Source: Trichosphaerium sp. ATCC 40318 (lineage: Eukaryota > Protista > Tubulinea). Taken from it: a stretch of 64,000 nt of DNA. Both the position numbers and the translations under genes were made by a program. The stretch covers positions 1 through 64,000 of the forward strand of contig JALMLS010000640.1 in the NCBI GenBank assembly GCA_038496445.1, given 5' to 3'. Positions within the stretch are counted from its first letter, which is position 1. The number at the start of each line of letters is the position of its first letter. Shown here piece by piece: positions 60,440 to 64,000 of the stretch. The notes beneath the pieces were generated by a model. The model was not told the origin of the DNA, did no database searches, and saw nothing but the letters and a program-made list of their open reading frames with translations.

Positions 60440-63400
60440 TTATTTAGGTTGTTTGTGTGATAATACATAAACTTTATCAGATTTATAAAGCTTTGTATCT
60501 TTCTCTGGATTAGCATAACTATTTAAAAACGTTAGGGTAAACGATAGGCGACAAATACAAAAAGTGCTTGAAAACAAAAAAAAAAAAAGAAAAAAAAAAA
60601 GTTGTTTACGTACACATAAGGTAGGAAACAGCCAGTTTTCGCAGTATCGCTACGATATAATCCGAGTGGTATACGACCTTGGGACACCATGTCAAGGAAT
60701 AAAGTACCATAAGGTTTAGACTAAACGTAGAAGTAAATAAAAGAAGAAAAAAAGAAGAAAGGGAGTTTCATGCCTTATATTTTTTGGGAAGCTTGATGAG
60801 AAACACTTGACTTGATTCTAACAAAACAGATGAGTATTAAACACGTGATACATTTGCTACTTACCATAAAATAAGTCACTTCGATTACTACCGCTTGCAA
60901 GTAGTAGAGTAATCTTTAGTAAATATGGTTGAAAGTACATCTACCAATGAGATTAAGCAAAAAAAAAGTGTAAGCTTACCCTAGCAAACAAAGAATCTAG
61001 TATTGTTGAAGTCCATACTCTTCCTGCGGCGAAATCTGGTCTTGCGTGATAGTCTCTGAATAGCGACCTGACCATTTTACCACCACCAACATGAGCATAC
61101 CTGGCATATTGGTAAGTAATTTATTTGCTAGGTAAAAAAGAAACAAATTGATCGGCTGCAAAATAAGTTAAAAAAAGGAGCATACGCTTTAGTAAGAGTT
61201 GTATCAGTTTCAGTCTCAAAATCATCTGGTTGCATAATAACTTGTGTTTTTGTTAATTGCTCAGTTTCAAGGAAATGTATACGATCAAGCTGCTGAGAAA
61301 AAGTGACAGTAGGTCTAACACACTTTGTCAAAATACCAGCTGCTTTCGTCTGTAAAAATCGAACATTTGCTCCATGTGCTAGTTGAAAAAAACAGGATTA
61401 GCGCTTTGTACGTCTAACGATACACCCAATGTGATATCATATTAATCAATACGCACCTATCTCAGCAAGTAGGAGCTCCATATGTGGATACTTCGATATA
61501 ATACTTCTAAAAGCAAAAATTGTTTCATTATCGATTCTGAAAGAATCATCTCTCTTTTCTGTAGATACAGTAGAGTTCAAGATAATAACAGCTTTAGCAG
61601 CTTGAATACCAGAGCGCCTATAATACAATTAATACATCCCAAAGAATCCAAAACAAAGGTGGTTGTACCTCAAGTCGACATCATCCAATGGAGAACCCAT
61701 CACGATATAAATCTGTTTTGTTTGAACATGTTAGTACTAGCACTTCTTTTCGTTCAAGCTTTAGCTCTAATACATACCTCTGGGTATCTTGCTATTATTT
61801 CAAGCACTTCAGGACGCGGTTTTACACTCGTTAAAATAACAATAGGCACAAGATCTGCTTTTGGTATACGACTTGTACGAAGAGGTGCAAAAAAGCTGAC
61901 TACTGATTCAGCCATACCACTCAAGATAATATGACTCTTTGAGTGTTTAAAAGACATTCCAATATCTGATATTATAAACTTATTTTGTGGTCTAGCTTTA
62001 TCGAAAATATGATACCTTGAGAAGAAGTATTAGACAAAAAGAGCAAAAAAACTACACTTGCTCTGCATTTTTTTTCAATCTGAACTTGTTCACAGTCTTC
62101 CTAATTGTAATTTGATCGCGTTCAGAGATACCTAAAGGAATGGATATTCATATTATTGCTATCAAATATGTATTGGTTTGTTACTTACTTGGTTCTGTAC
62201 TGTCACGCATAAACTCAAAACTTTCACGTGGTACAATATGAGTTTGCTCCTCGTTATTTTCTGAATCACTAGATTGATTGATTATTGTTTGCACAGCCTT
62301 GTTAAGAGTTAGTACTACATACCAAACTTGCGTTTAATAGCATACCTGCATTTTGAAGTCATTATCATTGGAAACGTAAGTGTTTTTGTGGCTAAGAAAA
62401 AAGTAAGAATCATTTTTGTTGGATTTGGCTGTTGCGCGAGAGTACTTACTGAGAGATATGCTGCGCGGTTGAAGCTCTCTTAGCAATTATAAAAGCAAGC
62501 TCTTGTCCTATTTTATTGTAAAAAATATGTAGTCATGACTGTAATGCTGACTAACCTTTAATAATGAAATCATTAGGTGGGTTTAGAACAATACCATTTT
62601 CGTGTTGCTCATCAATTACTTGAACAGCAAAAAGTACTGCTCCACCAAAGTGCTCGTAAACCTCCTAATCATACGCATTACTACAAAAAATGTATCAAAC
62701 AGTAATACCTGGACAGCCTCTGTCCATCGAAGTCCTTGAAACGAAATTGGAAGATTACAAGAAAAAATAGCTTGCGTGCTTCCAAGCGCTATTAACAGAC
62801 AGTAGTGTTAAGTTTCAATATGGTAATGTGTCGTAAAGTACGCACTATATTCATAGTTCCAATTCGTTCTACTTCTTGTTGCTTCAACTGGATTAATAGT
62901 AAACTGCAAAATGAAGTTTGATAACAAAGTTGAAAATCCAGCAGCAAGACAAGATTGACCCAATAAAAGCTAGTGTTGACAAACACGTGTCAGATTAATG
63001 ATAATAAAATAATAACTAATGTACAGGTAACGACTTACCATCTTAATTTGATCAAGACATAGAACGTTGGTGATACCTTCAGCAACGAGAATTTTCTAAA
63101 CAGAGGATTAGATAATAAAAAAATAAAAAGGATTTACTGTATTTTGATATTGACTGATTTGTGCAAAGATCGGCATATCAGCGTTTCTTGTTCTTATATA
63201 TTCATTTACAGATAAAACATTTAATATGGCTTTAGCATCACCTACGGAAAATATCAGTCAAGGAGAAATCAGAAAAACTTGAGTTAAAAAAATTACCATC
63301 ATCTTTTTCTCCGTATGTATTACTTAAAACAAAGCAAGCTTTTGCAACATCAAGTCTTGCTCTCTTCAAATCCGCTCTCACCTTTCAATAGACTTAGTAA

Positions 63401-64000
63401 AAATAGCTAAATTTACTGCGAATATAGTACCAGTGGTGATCCTACAAGGTACGTTGTTCTTGGTGCCAATAGAGGATCTTGAAACAATAAAGATTTAAGT
63501 TCAAAATCAGGTTCCTTTGGTGCTAAGAATACAACCTTCATGCGACCATGTCCAATCTATAAACCGAATTCAATAAGATACGTTATCGCATTTTAGCGTA
63601 TGTACCTCATGAAAGAATTCTTTAAAAAAGTATAAGACACCTGTGTAGTTAATAGCGCCACAAACAACAATATGTTGATTTTGCTTTGGGCTATATTTGC
63701 CTTCATATTCTACAAGTGCGCTTAGTAGATCCTAAAAATACTCGCCACTGCCACTATATACCTGATGTAGTTGATAAAGCTTTAACAAGTGCACCAGTCT
63801 GCCAAGTTACAAGCAAGAAACCAACACCAATCATAGTCATCATTACCTTTACACTAATTAAATAACATGTCACTTTGTTACTTTGTTTGTTACCATTTTT
63901 CCAGCTGTTGTTTGCGGTGAGTTGTCACCATAACCTACTGTACTGAACGTATGAGAATGTCAAGGAAGAATTTCAGGGATAGCAATAAGGTTAAGACAAG
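60440..64000 (-). CDS. Calcium-activated BK/Slo-type potassium channel alpha subunit (5' part outside the window)
   Basis: Pore STVGYGD, RCK motifs HIVVCG, GSPL...DL.RA, GSPLDDVDL...AAKAVIIL, FAAG, PLGLYR. Many introns. Confidence 0.92.

Noticed and set aside
1-64000. Alternative genetic code to explain fragmented ORFs
   Set aside because: Short GT/GC-AG introns explain the breaks, and TAA, TAG and TGA all terminate recognisable genes.

Overview
Gene-dense, AT-rich eukaryotic DNA with short (mostly ~45-100 nt) spliceosomal introns and the standard genetic code. It is most likely an amoebozoan: it has a clear RasS-type Ras and Dictyostelium-DUSE-like TCCCACAA elements 60 nt upstream of two U2 snRNA genes. 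The first 44.4 kb contain a large inverted duplication (~1-11360 and ~33025-44427, ~21.7 kb spacer). The duplicated block holds a papain-fold protease candidate, tRNA-Leu, an ankyrin protein, F-box-MORN, BTB and F-box-LRR genes, a divergent eIF4A and an RTX-like Cys/Gly-rich gene. The spacer and right flank carry FEX, PTS, RasS, cytb5-ACAD, a TOM1-like 7TM, APEH, a PA-7TM, BI-1/TMBIM, P4H, prefoldin 2 and a BK channel, plus three further F-box-MORN genes. The best candidate for a new system is a secreted polyprotein (53044-56134, minus). It has Reeler and Cys-rich modules, a membrane anchor, then an internal signal peptide that would expose an N-terminal His of a His-brace LPMO-like domain. 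Other oddities are a tRNA with an ACC (Gly) anticodon, several GC-AG introns and strong CACGTG enrichment. The ORF track gives the wrong strand for 30501..31343, which is on the minus strand. All gene models and alignments were made by eye, so boundaries are approximate.
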